Below are positions 1-9,088 of a DNA stretch of 64,000 bases, one piece after another. The notes beneath the pieces are model-generated. The model saw only the letters and a list, made by a program, of their open reading frames with translations. It did no database searches and was not told the origin of the DNA. The position numbers were made by a program, and so were the translations under genes. Source of the stretch: Verrucomicrobiota bacterium (GTDB taxonomy: Bacteria > Verrucomicrobiota > Lentisphaeria > Lentisphaerales > Lentisphaeraceae); the NCBI GenBank assembly GCA_039798785.1, contig JBDKFG010000006.1:32001-96000 (forward strand), given 5' to 3'. Each line of letters opens with the position of its first letter. The stretch's first letter is position 1.

Positions 1-798
1 CAGGCCGGTCAGACTGTCTCTCTCGAGGCCCTGTGCCATGACCTGGAGTCCGACTACGCCTTCCTGCGCTCACCCGAGTGCCCGGCCGAGTTCCAGAAGA
101 CGCCGCATTTCCTCGATTTCCGGGCCAAGCTGCTCTACCTCTACGAAGCCATCACCCTGAGCTACGGCAATGCCATCGCCTACAAATGGAACATCTACTT
201 CTTCAGCGGCTTCACTGCGGCTGAAGTGAACGCTCTGGCGTGCCGCTCGCATGCCCTGTTTCTTCGGCAGCCGCTCTCCACGCGTCGCTTCATCAGCCCG
301 GAGGAGCTGCCAGGCCAGGCCGGCGTCGTCAGCGTCACCCACAAGCAAGGCCTGCGCATCAGCGAGGAGATCCTGCGCCTGATGGAGATCCTGCGGCAGC
401 ATCAGGTCGACGTCTTCGTCAACACCGCCTCGCTCGAAGAGGTGGTCGCCGCCTTCGCCTGCGATCCCCGTTTCGGCTTCGCGATTCCCCGCGACCGGGT
501 TTTCGGGCTGCGTCTGCAGGAGCTCGACGGCTGCTTCGCGCCGGCCTACCCCCGCGACTGGCCCCTCAACTGGGGGCCCGGCAAGACGGAGATGATCCGC
601 CGCCACATCGCTCCCGCGCGGGGCTGCGGCCCGATCTTCGTCGCCGGCGACAGCGACGGCGATTACGACATGCTGCGCGACTTCCCCGACACCCGCCTCG
701 GCCTGATCATCCGCCGAGGCAAGGGCAGGATCCAGGAACTCGGCGGCGAGCGCTACTGGATCCAGAATCGAGACCCGGTGAGCGGTGCCTGGATCTGA
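1..798 (+). CDS. HAD-superfamily phosphatase, 5'-truncated by the window edge (phosphorylcholine/phosphoserine phosphatase-like)
   Basis: Frame 1 is open from base 1 (QAGQTVSLEALCHDLESDY...) into ORF 226..798. Contains HAD motif II (VFVNTAS), motif III (GPGK) and motif IV (AGDSDGDYDML). Confidence 0.75.
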   Translation, partial: QAGQTVSLEALCHDLESDYAFLRSPECPAEFQKTPHFLDFRAKLLYLYEAITLSYGNAIAYKWNIYFFSGFTAAEVNALACRSHALFLRQPLSTRRFISPEELPGQAGVVSVTHKQGLRISEEILRLMEILRQHQVDVFVNTASLEEVVAAFACDPRFGFAIPRDRVFGLRLQELDGCFAPAYPRDWPLNWGPGKTEMIRRHIAPARGCGPIFVAGDSDGDYDMLRDFPDTRLGLIIRRGKGRIQELGGERYWIQNRDPVSGAWI

Positions 799-837
799 AT
801 TTTTCATCTCACTAATGTCAACAGGAAGGAGGGGGGC

Positions 838-3132
838 ATGCGCAATTTATCGGATTTGAGTCTCGTCATTGTTCCGGAGCCGAAGCCCGATGAACTCTAC
901 GAAATCGACATGTTGGGCCAAGGATTCCGCTTTCTCGGCCTGAAAAAACTCCTCGGAGCTGCCGACTTCAGCAAGGCTGGCGACCGCCATGCCGATCTCG
1001 CCGCCAAAGACGAAATCGAACGCGAAGCCGCACGCGCCATCCTGTCGTCGCTCACTTTGCAGCATCTCTACGACCGCCCTCTCACCGATGACGCCGGCAA
1101 GATCGACTCAGTGATGCGGGTCAACTACGACATCGACCTGGCCTTGTTCCGCACCATCGCCCACCTCTCCGTCGGTGACTTCAAAGACCTGTTGCTGCGT
1201 TCCGACAATCAGGCCGTCAGCTCCATCGGTTCTGCCCTCACCGGAGTCATGGCCGCCGCCGTCGCCAAGCTCTGCGATACACACGAACTGATCTTCATCT
1301 CCCAGAAAATCAGCCGCTCAAGCAAAGCTCGCACCACTCTCGGCCTGCCCGGCAGCTTGTCCTCGCGTCTCCAGCCCAATCACCCGGTCGACGACCTCAG
1401 AGGCCTGACCTTGCTGATCTATGAAAGCCTCAGCCTCGGCGCCGGCGATGCACTGATCGGCGTCAATCCCTCGATCGACACTGTCGACAACATCTCTGCC
1501 ATGCTCTGCCATGTGGACAAGATCCGGCGCGCCACCGGTGCCCCGACCCAGATCTGCGTTCTGTCGCACATCAAGACCCAGCTCACCTGCCTGGAGCAGG
1601 GAGTGCCGGTGGAGATCATGTTCCAAAGCCTGGCCGGCACCGAGGCGACCAATCTCACTGAATTCGACATCAGCGTCGAGTTGATCGACCACGCCTACCG
1701 CACGATGGCCCGTATCGGCCCGCTCAAAGACATCGCCGAAAACTTCATGTATTTCGAGACCGGCCAAGGCAGCGAGTTCACCTACGGCAAGCACAACGGC
1801 ATCGACATGAGTACCACCGAAGCCCTGTGCTACGGGCTGGCCCGCCGCTGGCACCCCTACATGGTCAACAACGTCACCGGCTTCATCGGCCCCGAAACTC
1901 ATCTCGATAACTTCGAGATGATCATCGCCAACCTGCAAGACCACTTCATGGGCAAGCTCCTGGGCTTGCCGATGGGCATGGCGCCATGCTACACGCTGCA
2001 CTCGAAAATCACTCTCGAGGGTCAGCAGATGGCGACCCAGATGCTCACCGCCGCTGGCGCCAATTTCTACATGGATGTCTACCTCAACACCGATCGCATG
2101 CTGGCCTATTTCGACACCAGCGGCCACGACAACCAGACCCTGCGCGAAATCTACCGCAAGAATCCGACTCCCGAATACCGCGAATGGGCCTTGGCCAAAG
2201 GCATCTTCGCCATCGACGCCGAAGGCAATCTGATCCGCGGGCCGTACTGGGGCAGGCTGGAGCTGTTTGGCAGCACCGAGGCTGAAATCGCCGCCCTGGT
2301 CCAGGCGACCCCTGCCACTTACGGATTCGACAACGCCGGCCCCCGGCCGGTGAACAAAACCGCCCGCACGGTGCGCAGCCACCAGGCCCTTGCCCGGGCA
2401 GCCACCTACAGCGAATTGCGCCTCGAGGAACTGCTCTCCATCGCCCCCTTCCGGATCCTCACCAGCGCCGCCGCCAACAAAGAGGAATACCTCAACTCCC
2501 CCAAGCTCGGAACCGCTTTGTCGCCTGAAAGCCTCGCCGCCTTGCGCCTGCAGCAGCGGCAGGTTCAGATCGTGGTTTCCGACGGCCTCAGTGCCGAAGC
2601 GATTCATCATAATGTCAAAGACATCTATCCCAAGCTGAATCAGCACTTGGACGAGCTCGGAATCAGCCAGGCCGAGCCCCTGATCCTGCGATACGGCCGA
2701 GTCAAGGCGGCGGAAGCGATTGCCGATGCCGTCGGCTGCGATCTGGTCATCCTGCTCATCGGCGAGCGTCCCGGGGGGGATGCCGATTCGTCCCGCAGCA
2801 TGTCGTCGTATTTCGCTTATCGGATCAGTGATCCGGAAACCCGGAAAAACGCGGCGGAATACAGTGGCAACAGCGACATCCGCTTTGAATACATGCTGAT
2901 CTCCAACATCTACTCCTCAGCCATGCCGGCCGATCAAGCGGCACGGGCGATCGCCAATCTAGCCGCCGAGATCCTCAAATACAGAGCCGCCGGCAACCGC
3001 CTCGTCGCGCTACGCAACACCCAGATCCGTGCTGAAATCGTCGCCGTTCACGAAGCCTCGCCAAGCCTTGTCTCCCGCGACCCCGCCGATCTAGCGACGA
3101 GAGTCGTTCAGCTCGAGCCGCTCCATGGCTGA
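838..3132 (+). CDS. eutBC: Fused ethanolamine ammonia-lyase large+small subunit (EutB-EutC fusion), divergent
   Basis: N-terminal EutB motifs SRLQPNHP, GDALIGVNP, YFETGQGS, GFIGPE; C-terminal EutC motifs VSDGLSA, GRVK, LIGERPG, ISNI, all in one 764-aa ORF. Strong RBS AGGAGG upstream. Confidence 0.9.
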   Translation: MRNLSDLSLVIVPEPKPDELYEIDMLGQGFRFLGLKKLLGAADFSKAGDRHADLAAKDEIEREAARAILSSLTLQHLYDRPLTDDAGKIDSVMRVNYDIDLALFRTIAHLSVGDFKDLLLRSDNQAVSSIGSALTGVMAAAVAKLCDTHELIFISQKISRSSKARTTLGLPGSLSSRLQPNHPVDDLRGLTLLIYESLSLGAGDALIGVNPSIDTVDNISAMLCHVDKIRRATGAPTQICVLSHIKTQLTCLEQGVPVEIMFQSLAGTEATNLTEFDISVELIDHAYRTMARIGPLKDIAENFMYFETGQGSEFTYGKHNGIDMSTTEALCYGLARRWHPYMVNNVTGFIGPETHLDNFEMIIANLQDHFMGKLLGLPMGMAPCYTLHSKITLEGQQMATQMLTAAGANFYMDVYLNTDRMLAYFDTSGHDNQTLREIYRKNPTPEYREWALAKGIFAIDAEGNLIRGPYWGRLELFGSTEAEIAALVQATPATYGFDNAGPRPVNKTARTVRSHQALARAATYSELRLEELLSIAPFRILTSAAANKEEYLNSPKLGTALSPESLAALRLQQRQVQIVVSDGLSAEAIHHNVKDIYPKLNQHLDELGISQAEPLILRYGRVKAAEAIADAVGCDLVILLIGERPGGDADSSRSMSSYFAYRISDPETRKNAAEYSGNSDIRFEYMLISNIYSSAMPADQAARAIANLAAEILKYRAAGNRLVALRNTQIRAEIVAVHEASPSLVSRDPADLATRVVQLEPLHG

Positions 3133-3511
3133 GCGCGTTTCAGCCACGCCGGCGGCCCTGGAATTCATCGCCTTCCTCGCCGCCAAGCACGGACCGCTGA
3201 TGTTCCACCAGTCGGGAGGCTGTTGCGACGGCAGCGCCCCCAACTGCTTCCTGCGCGGCGAGTTCCAGACCGGACCCGCCGATGTCCTGCTTGGAGAAAT
3301 CGGCGGAGCCCCTTTCTACATCGGCGCACGCCAGTACGAGACCTGGAAGCACACCCACCTGGTCATCGATGTGGTCCCCGGCCAGGGTGGAGCCTTCTCG
3401 CTCGACGGGCCGGAAGGCCGCACCTTTCTGAGCCGCTCGCGACTCTTCACGCCCGAGGAAGCCGCCGAGCTCGGCGGCTCCGGCGATGCAGCCCCCTGCC
3501 ATTTGCGATGA
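3125..3511 (+). CDS. DUF779 family protein
   Basis: Signature HGPLMFHQSGGCCDGSAP...WKHTHLVIDVVPGQGGAFSL; overlaps the upstream stop codon. Confidence 0.9.
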   Translation: MAERVSATPAALEFIAFLAAKHGPLMFHQSGGCCDGSAPNCFLRGEFQTGPADVLLGEIGGAPFYIGARQYETWKHTHLVIDVVPGQGGAFSLDGPEGRTFLSRSRLFTPEEAAELGGSGDAAPCHLR

Positions 3512-3533
3512 GCGCCAAAGACAGGAACTCCCC

Positions 3534-4916
3534 ATGAAATACCAGCACAGCATCGGGCTCCGCAACCACGTCTTCGACGATCTCAAGGAAGTCATGGCCA
3601 AGGCCACCCCCTTGCGCTCCGGCGACCGGCTCGCCGGCCTCGCCGCCCGCAGCGCCGAGGAACGCGCCGCCGCCCAGATGACCCTCGCCGACATCCCGCT
3701 GAAACGCTTCCTCGAAGAGCCGCTCATCCCCTACGAAAGCGACGAAGTCACCCGTCTCATCTTCGACAGCCATGAACCGCAAGCCTTCGCTCCGGTCCGC
3801 TCCCAAACCGTCGGCGAGTTCCGCGACTGGCTGCTCTCGGACGAAGCGGACACCGCCGCTCTCGCCCGCCTCCGCCCCGGCATCACCCCGGAAATGGCCG
3901 CCGCGGTGAGCAAGATCATGTCCCTCCAGGATCTCATCCTGGTCGCCAGCAAGTGCCGTCTCACCACCGCCTTCCGCAACACCATCGGCCTGCCCGGGCG
4001 GATGTCGACCCGCCTGCAGCCCAACCACCCCACCGACGATCCCCGCGGCATCATCGCCTCTACCCTCGATGGCCTGATGTACGGCAGCGGCGACGCGGTG
4101 ATCGGCATCAACCCCGCCACCGACAGCGTCGCCGCCACGGTGCGCATCCTGCATCTCCTCGAAGAGCTGCGCCTCAAGTACGAGATCCCGACCCAGACCT
4201 GCGTCCTCACCCACGTCACCAACAGCATCGAGGCGATCCGCCTCGGGGCCCCCGTCGACCTGGTCTTTCAGTCGATTGGCGGCAGCGAGGCCCTCAACAG
4301 CAGCTTCGGCGTCAATCTCGGTATCCTCCGCGAAGGCTGCGAGGCGGCGCTGCAGCTCAAGCGCGGCAGCGTCGGCCAGAACCTGATGTACTTCGAGACC
4401 GGCCAGGGCAGCGCCCTCTCCGCCAACGCCCACTTCGGCGTCGACCAGCAGACCCTGGAAGCCCGCGCCTACGCCGTCGCCCGCGCCTTCCAGCCGCTGC
4501 TGGTCAACAGCGTCGTCGGCTTCATCGGCCCCGAATACCTCTACAACGGCAAGCAGATCATCCGCGCCGGCCTCGAAGACCTCTTCTGCGGCAAGCTCCT
4601 CGGCCTGCCGATGGGCTGCGACATCTGCTACACCAACCATGCCGAGGCCGATCAGGACGACATGGACACCCTGCTCACCCTCTTCGCCACCGCCGGCGGC
4701 ACCTTCATCATGGGCATTCCCGGGGCCGACGACATCATGCTCAACTACCAGAGCACCTCCTTCCACGACGCCCTCTACGTCCGCCGCCTCCTCGGCCTCA
4801 AGCCCGCCCCCGAATTCGACGATTGGCTGCTCAAAATGGGCATCCTCGATCCCCAGATGCGCCTACTTGGCAACTCGGAACATGTGCGACGCTTGACCCA
4901 GCCGCTCAACTCTTAA
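3534..4916 (+). CDS. eutB: Ethanolamine ammonia-lyase large subunit
   Basis: Canonical motifs KATPLRSGD, RLQPNHPTDD, YFETGQGSALS, MGCDICYTNH, DDIMLNYQSTS. Start placed at ATG 3534 after AGGA. Confidence 0.95.
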   Translation: MKYQHSIGLRNHVFDDLKEVMAKATPLRSGDRLAGLAARSAEERAAAQMTLADIPLKRFLEEPLIPYESDEVTRLIFDSHEPQAFAPVRSQTVGEFRDWLLSDEADTAALARLRPGITPEMAAAVSKIMSLQDLILVASKCRLTTAFRNTIGLPGRMSTRLQPNHPTDDPRGIIASTLDGLMYGSGDAVIGINPATDSVAATVRILHLLEELRLKYEIPTQTCVLTHVTNSIEAIRLGAPVDLVFQSIGGSEALNSSFGVNLGILREGCEAALQLKRGSVGQNLMYFETGQGSALSANAHFGVDQQTLEARAYAVARAFQPLLVNSVVGFIGPEYLYNGKQIIRAGLEDLFCGKLLGLPMGCDICYTNHAEADQDDMDTLLTLFATAGGTFIMGIPGADDIMLNYQSTSFHDALYVRRLLGLKPAPEFDDWLLKMGILDPQMRLLGNSEHVRRLTQPLNS

Positions 4917-4972
4917 CTCTTAACTCTTAACTCTTAACTCTTAACTCTTAACTCTTAACTCTTAACTCTTAA
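4908..4972. repeat. Perfect heptamer tandem repeat (AACTCTT)x9
   Basis: Nine exact units at 4908-4970 plus AA. Contains the eutB stop and fills most of the eutB-eutC spacer. Confidence 0.97.
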
Positions 4973-4984
4973 TTGCGAACGAAC

Positions 4985-5767
4985 ATGACTCCCGACCCCT
5001 GGCACCACCTGCGGCAGCACACCGCCGCCCGGATCGCCCTCGGCCATGCCGGCGTCAGCCTGCCCACCCGCGCCAGCCTCGCCTTTCGCCTCGCTCATGC
5101 CCAGGCGCGCGACGCCGTCCATTCCGAGCTGGAGGCCGAACGGCTGGTCCGCGAGCTGGCGGCTTTCGACTCACCGTCGATCCGGGTCCGCAGCCAAGCT
5201 CGCGGGCGAGACGAATACTTGAAAAACCCCGGCAGCGGCCGCCGCCTGTCCGACGATGACGCACGCAGACTCCAGGCGCAGTCGAGTCCCTGCGACCTCT
5301 GCATCGTCATCGGCGACGGCCTCTCCGCCTGCGCCGTCAACCAGCACGCCCTGCCCTTGATCCGGCTGCTCGCCCCCGAGTTTCAGCGCCTCCGCTGGAG
5401 CCTGGCTCCGATCATCCTGGCCGAACAATGCCGGGTCGCCCTTTCCGACGACATCGGCTCCTCCCTGCAGGCGGAAATGGTCTTGATGCTGATCGGCGAA
5501 CGCCCAGGCTTGAGCTCGCCCGACAGCATGGGAGCCTATCTGACCTGGAGACCGGCACCCGGACTCACCGACGAAAGACGCAACTGCGTCTCCAACATCC
5601 GCTCCGCGGGACTCGCCCTGCCTCTGGCTGCGTCGAAACTGCTTTATCTCCTCGGCGAAATGAAGACCCTCAAGCTCTCCGGAGTGGAGCTCAAAGACCG
5701 GCAGGACGAGGCCTTGACTGCTGCTGAGCCTGCGCCCGGACTCCTGCGAGATCACTCGGGTCGTTAG
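4985..5767 (+). CDS. eutC: Ethanolamine ammonia-lyase small subunit
   Basis: Motifs TAARIALG, AHAQARDAV, GDGLSA, LIGERPGLSSPDSMGAY, RNCVSNI. Confidence 0.95.
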   Translation: MTPDPWHHLRQHTAARIALGHAGVSLPTRASLAFRLAHAQARDAVHSELEAERLVRELAAFDSPSIRVRSQARGRDEYLKNPGSGRRLSDDDARRLQAQSSPCDLCIVIGDGLSACAVNQHALPLIRLLAPEFQRLRWSLAPIILAEQCRVALSDDIGSSLQAEMVLMLIGERPGLSSPDSMGAYLTWRPAPGLTDERRNCVSNIRSAGLALPLAASKLLYLLGEMKTLKLSGVELKDRQDEALTAAEPAPGLLRDHSGR

Positions 5768-5915
5768 CCTGAATTCAAGAAGTTGAAAGGTTTCAAGGAT
5801 TTTCTTGCGCCCCCGTCAATGGCGGCCTCATAACATCTCCTGGCCCAAGGCATCGCCGAAGCGACTAGACCTGCTGGCATGATTCCTGCTGCCGATGCAC
5901 TCGGAGGAACTCAAC

Positions 5916-6974
5916 ATGTGGTCAGCCGCAGACATCACCCTTTACGTCCCCTGCTACCGTGCGGAGCGCACTCTCGGCGACTGTCTCGCCTCCTTGCAGA
6001 GGCAGACGCTGAAGCCGGCGCGGATGTTCATCGTCGACGACGGCAACGAGACGCCGCCGGAAGTGCCGGAGGGCATCGGCGTTCTCCGGCACGGCCACAA
6101 CCGCGGCCTCGCCGCGGGGCGCAACACCGCGCTGGAAAGCTGCACCACGGCGCTTCTCGGCAGCATCGATTCGGATGTGATCGCCGCTCCCGATTGGCTT
6201 GAGCATCTGTTGGCGACACTCAACGCCGAGCCTGGCCTCGCCGGTTGCGGCGGCCGCATGGATGAACATTATCAGGACGATCTTGCCGACCGTTGGCGCG
6301 GCATCCACATGTGCCAGCACTGGGGCGAGAAGCCGGTCCGCTCGCCCCGCTTCCTCTACGGGTGCAACACCTTGATGCGGACCGAGGTTCTCCGGGCCGC
6401 CGGCGGCTTCGACCCCCGCCTGCGCACCAACAACGAAGACCGCAGCCTCAGCGACATCCTCTACAGCATGGGCTTGGAACTGCTCTACCAGCCTGCGGCT
6501 CGGTGTCGCCATCTCCGCCGCGACCGCCTTGACTCGGTGCTTGCCACCTATTGGGGCTGGCATCACGCCAAGGGGCTGGTCGCCGGCGACTTCGATTCGC
6601 CGCTCGGCCTGCTCGACCGGGTCTGGCGCGTCAACTTCGGCATCTTCGACTACCGCTACAATCTCGATCTCGCCGCCAGCCGCGACGAATTCCTCCTCCT
6701 CGATCTCGCCCTGCCCTGGGTTTTCTGCCAGCGCGACCTCGAGCTCGCCCACCTCACTCAGGGGCTGCCTGCAGGCCCCGACCTGCGCGAACTCCTCCGC
6801 GAAATCACCGGCGAGGGCGCCGCAGTGATCGAGGAGCTCATGCCCGCCAGCCGCTGCCCCCCGGGCAATCCGCCCTGGGCCGAACTGTACCGCGGCTGCA
6901 TCCGCCGCTCCCTCGAACGCAGCTCCTGGCTGCGCCGCTTCGACGCCGCTCTCAACCCGAGGTCCACGCCATGA
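5916..6974 (+). CDS. Glycosyltransferase family 2
   Basis: VPCY, IVDDG, NRGLAAGRN, IDSD, GGFD...NED motifs. GGAGG RBS before ATG 5916. Confidence 0.85.
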   Translation: MWSAADITLYVPCYRAERTLGDCLASLQRQTLKPARMFIVDDGNETPPEVPEGIGVLRHGHNRGLAAGRNTALESCTTALLGSIDSDVIAAPDWLEHLLATLNAEPGLAGCGGRMDEHYQDDLADRWRGIHMCQHWGEKPVRSPRFLYGCNTLMRTEVLRAAGGFDPRLRTNNEDRSLSDILYSMGLELLYQPAARCRHLRRDRLDSVLATYWGWHHAKGLVAGDFDSPLGLLDRVWRVNFGIFDYRYNLDLAASRDEFLLLDLALPWVFCQRDLELAHLTQGLPAGPDLRELLREITGEGAAVIEELMPASRCPPGNPPWAELYRGCIRRSLERSSWLRRFDAALNPRSTP

Positions 6975-8599
6975 AGATCGCCCTTTTCAATTCTCCTTGG
7001 TACGACGAGTCGCAGCCCCTCGCCTGGGGTGTCCGCGCCGGTTCGCGCTGGCCGCACATGCAGGAACGCCCAGCTCCCGGCCAGCTGCCCCGCTACATCC
7101 CCTTTCCCTTCTTCCTCGCCACCGCCGCCCGCATCCTCCAGAACGCCGGCCACGAAGTCCTGCTCGTCGATGGCGTCGCCTCCGACCTCAATCTCGAAAG
7201 CTGCCTCGACCAGATCCGGGATTTCGGCCCGCGCCTGGTCTTCTGCGAAGCCTCGACGCCGTCGCTTCCCTGGGATCTCGAAGTGATGAAGAAACTGCGC
7301 CAGCTCCTCCCCCACGCCGTACTCGCTGCCGGCGGATCGCAAGGGGTCAGCATGGTGCCCGACATCATGGATCAACACGGCCTGCCCGACTTCTGGATCG
7401 GCGGCGAATATGACTTCGCAGTGCATCAGCTGGTCGATGCCCTCGAGGGCCGGCGCCCCTTCGAACATGTCGACGGCCTCGTCGGCGCCGGCGTCAACAA
7501 GCGCCCCGCCGTGGTCGAGGACGTCAAATCCCTGCCCTCGCCGCTCTACGAAGCCCTGCCGGTCCGCAACTATTCCGACCCTGTCTGCGGCCTACCCTCT
7601 CCCGTCGCGCAAGCCTGGCTGTCGCGCGGCTGCCCCTACAAATGCACCTTCTGCGTCTGGCCCCAGGTGGTCTTCGGCAACAGCCGCTACCGCACCCGCG
7701 ATCCGCACCAGGCCCTCGACGACATCGAACGCCTGATCCGCGACCACGGCTGCGAATCCTTCTACTTCGACGACGACACCGCCAACATCGGCCCGGCCCG
7801 CATGATCGAGCTCGCCGCCGCGATCAAGTCCCGCGGCCTCGACAAATACCCCTGGTCGATGATGGCCCGCGCCGACTGCATGACCGAGGCGGTCCTCGAC
7901 GCTCTTCACGATGCCGGCATGTACTCGGTCAAATACGGCGTCGAATCGCTCAACGAAACCCTCGTCGACACCTGTGAAAAAGGCACCGACATCAAGAAGT
8001 TCCACCGCACCATCGAGCACACCAAGAAGCTCGGCATCAAGCTGCATCTGACCTTCATGTTCGGCATTCCCCACGAGACCGCCGAGACGGTGCAGGAAAC
8101 CCTCGACTACGCCATGAGCGTCGCTCCCGATTCGGCCCAGTTCTCCCTCTGCACGCCCTTCCCCGGCACCAAGTTCTACCGCCAATGCGAAGAGAACGGC
8201 TGGCTCATCACCAAGGACTGGAGCCGCTTCCTCGGCTCCGATGAAGCCGTGGTCGAAACCCCCTGGCTCAAGGCCGCCGAACTCACCCGCCTCTACCACC
8301 AGGCCCGCGACACCTGGCACAAATACAACCTCGAACGCCTCGAAGCGAAACGCGCCGCCCTGTTGCGGGAGCTGCAAAACTCTTGCCCGCCCGGCTCCAG
8401 CTGGGAACACCTCGGCGACCCCGACTTCGCCAGCTTCATCGCCGAACGGGATCCCGCCCTCGCCTCGCGCCGCGTCGAAGAGGGCCAAGGCGCCAAGCTC
8501 AGCGTCATCATCTCCCGCCACGACGAGGAGAAGATCTACCGCCGCCTCCTGCGCGCCGATGACCCCCGTGCCAAGAGCTGCCTGAAGCTATTCGGGTGA
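6971..8599 (+). CDS. Cobalamin-binding radical SAM protein (HpnJ/BchE-like)
   Basis: Start ATG overlaps the GT2 stop (ATGA). N-terminal RAGSRWP and B12-binding-type domain; SRGCPYKCTFC CxxxCxxC; YFDDD, GVES, TPFPGT. Confidence 0.88.
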   Translation: MKIALFNSPWYDESQPLAWGVRAGSRWPHMQERPAPGQLPRYIPFPFFLATAARILQNAGHEVLLVDGVASDLNLESCLDQIRDFGPRLVFCEASTPSLPWDLEVMKKLRQLLPHAVLAAGGSQGVSMVPDIMDQHGLPDFWIGGEYDFAVHQLVDALEGRRPFEHVDGLVGAGVNKRPAVVEDVKSLPSPLYEALPVRNYSDPVCGLPSPVAQAWLSRGCPYKCTFCVWPQVVFGNSRYRTRDPHQALDDIERLIRDHGCESFYFDDDTANIGPARMIELAAAIKSRGLDKYPWSMMARADCMTEAVLDALHDAGMYSVKYGVESLNETLVDTCEKGTDIKKFHRTIEHTKKLGIKLHLTFMFGIPHETAETVQETLDYAMSVAPDSAQFSLCTPFPGTKFYRQCEENGWLITKDWSRFLGSDEAVVETPWLKAAELTRLYHQARDTWHKYNLERLEAKRAALLRELQNSCPPGSSWEHLGDPDFASFIAERDPALASRRVEEGQGAKLSVIISRHDEEKIYRRLLRADDPRAKSCLKLFG

Positions 8600-8617
8600 G
8601 GAAGGTGTCGTTCCTGC

Positions 8618-8681
8618 CGGTCACAGAGTCACCTAGTCACAAGGTCAAACCTGACTTCGTGACCCTGTGACCATGTGACCG
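8618..8681. repeat. Hairpin built from octamer repeats (GTCAC units followed by inverted GTGAC units) between convergent genes
   Basis: CGGTCACA...TGTGACCG ends with four 8-bp-periodic units per arm. Confidence 0.7.
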
Positions 8682-8715
8682 ACGAACTGGCTGTTTGCGC
8701 TCGTCGCGAAGTCCT

Positions 8716-8770
8716 CACAGGAAGGCAGGCGTCCCGCCTGTCCAAACTCGGGCGGGACGCCCGCGCTCCT
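8716..8770. repeat. REP-like palindrome (GGCGTCCCGCC...GGCGGGACGCC)
   Basis: Inverted arms GGCGTCCCGCC / GGCGGGACGCC in an intergenic position. Loosely related GCCGGC/GCTCCCAG elements occur near 43718, 44370, 58018 and 60470. Confidence 0.6.
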
Positions 8771-8797
8771 TTTTCGCCCGGGGGCGGTCGAGCCACC

Positions 8798-9088
8798 TCA
8801 GCAGCTCGCCAGTGCCTGCCCAAGAATGCACAAATGGACACACGCTGCTGCGCCGATCAAAACCATGGCGATGAAGAACAACCCGTGACTGAAGCGCCGC
8901 GGCTTGCCGGAGATCTGCATGACAAACAGGATCAACACCGCGATTGCAGGTAGCACAAGGCCTCCCACCAGCAAGCAAACAAATGATTCACTCCACTTGG
9001 CGATGGCCAAGAGCATGAAATTGACCACGAGATAGATCCCTCCCGCGGCGACAAGAGTCGCATCGGCGGCGCCAGCATTCGAGCTCAT
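8798..9088 (-). CDS. Small hypothetical membrane protein (3 hydrophobic segments)
   Basis: 96-aa hydrophobic ORF, translationally coupled to the upstream gene (ATGA overlap). Confidence 0.55.
   Translation of the reverse strand: MSSNAGAADATLVAAGGIYLVVNFMLLAIAKWSESFVCLLVGGLVLPAIAVLILFVMQISGKPRRFSHGLFFIAMVLIGAAACVHLCILGQALASC

Noticed and set aside
4908..4972. Possible CRISPR array
   Set aside because: 7-bp units with no spacers and no cas genes; it is a microsatellite.
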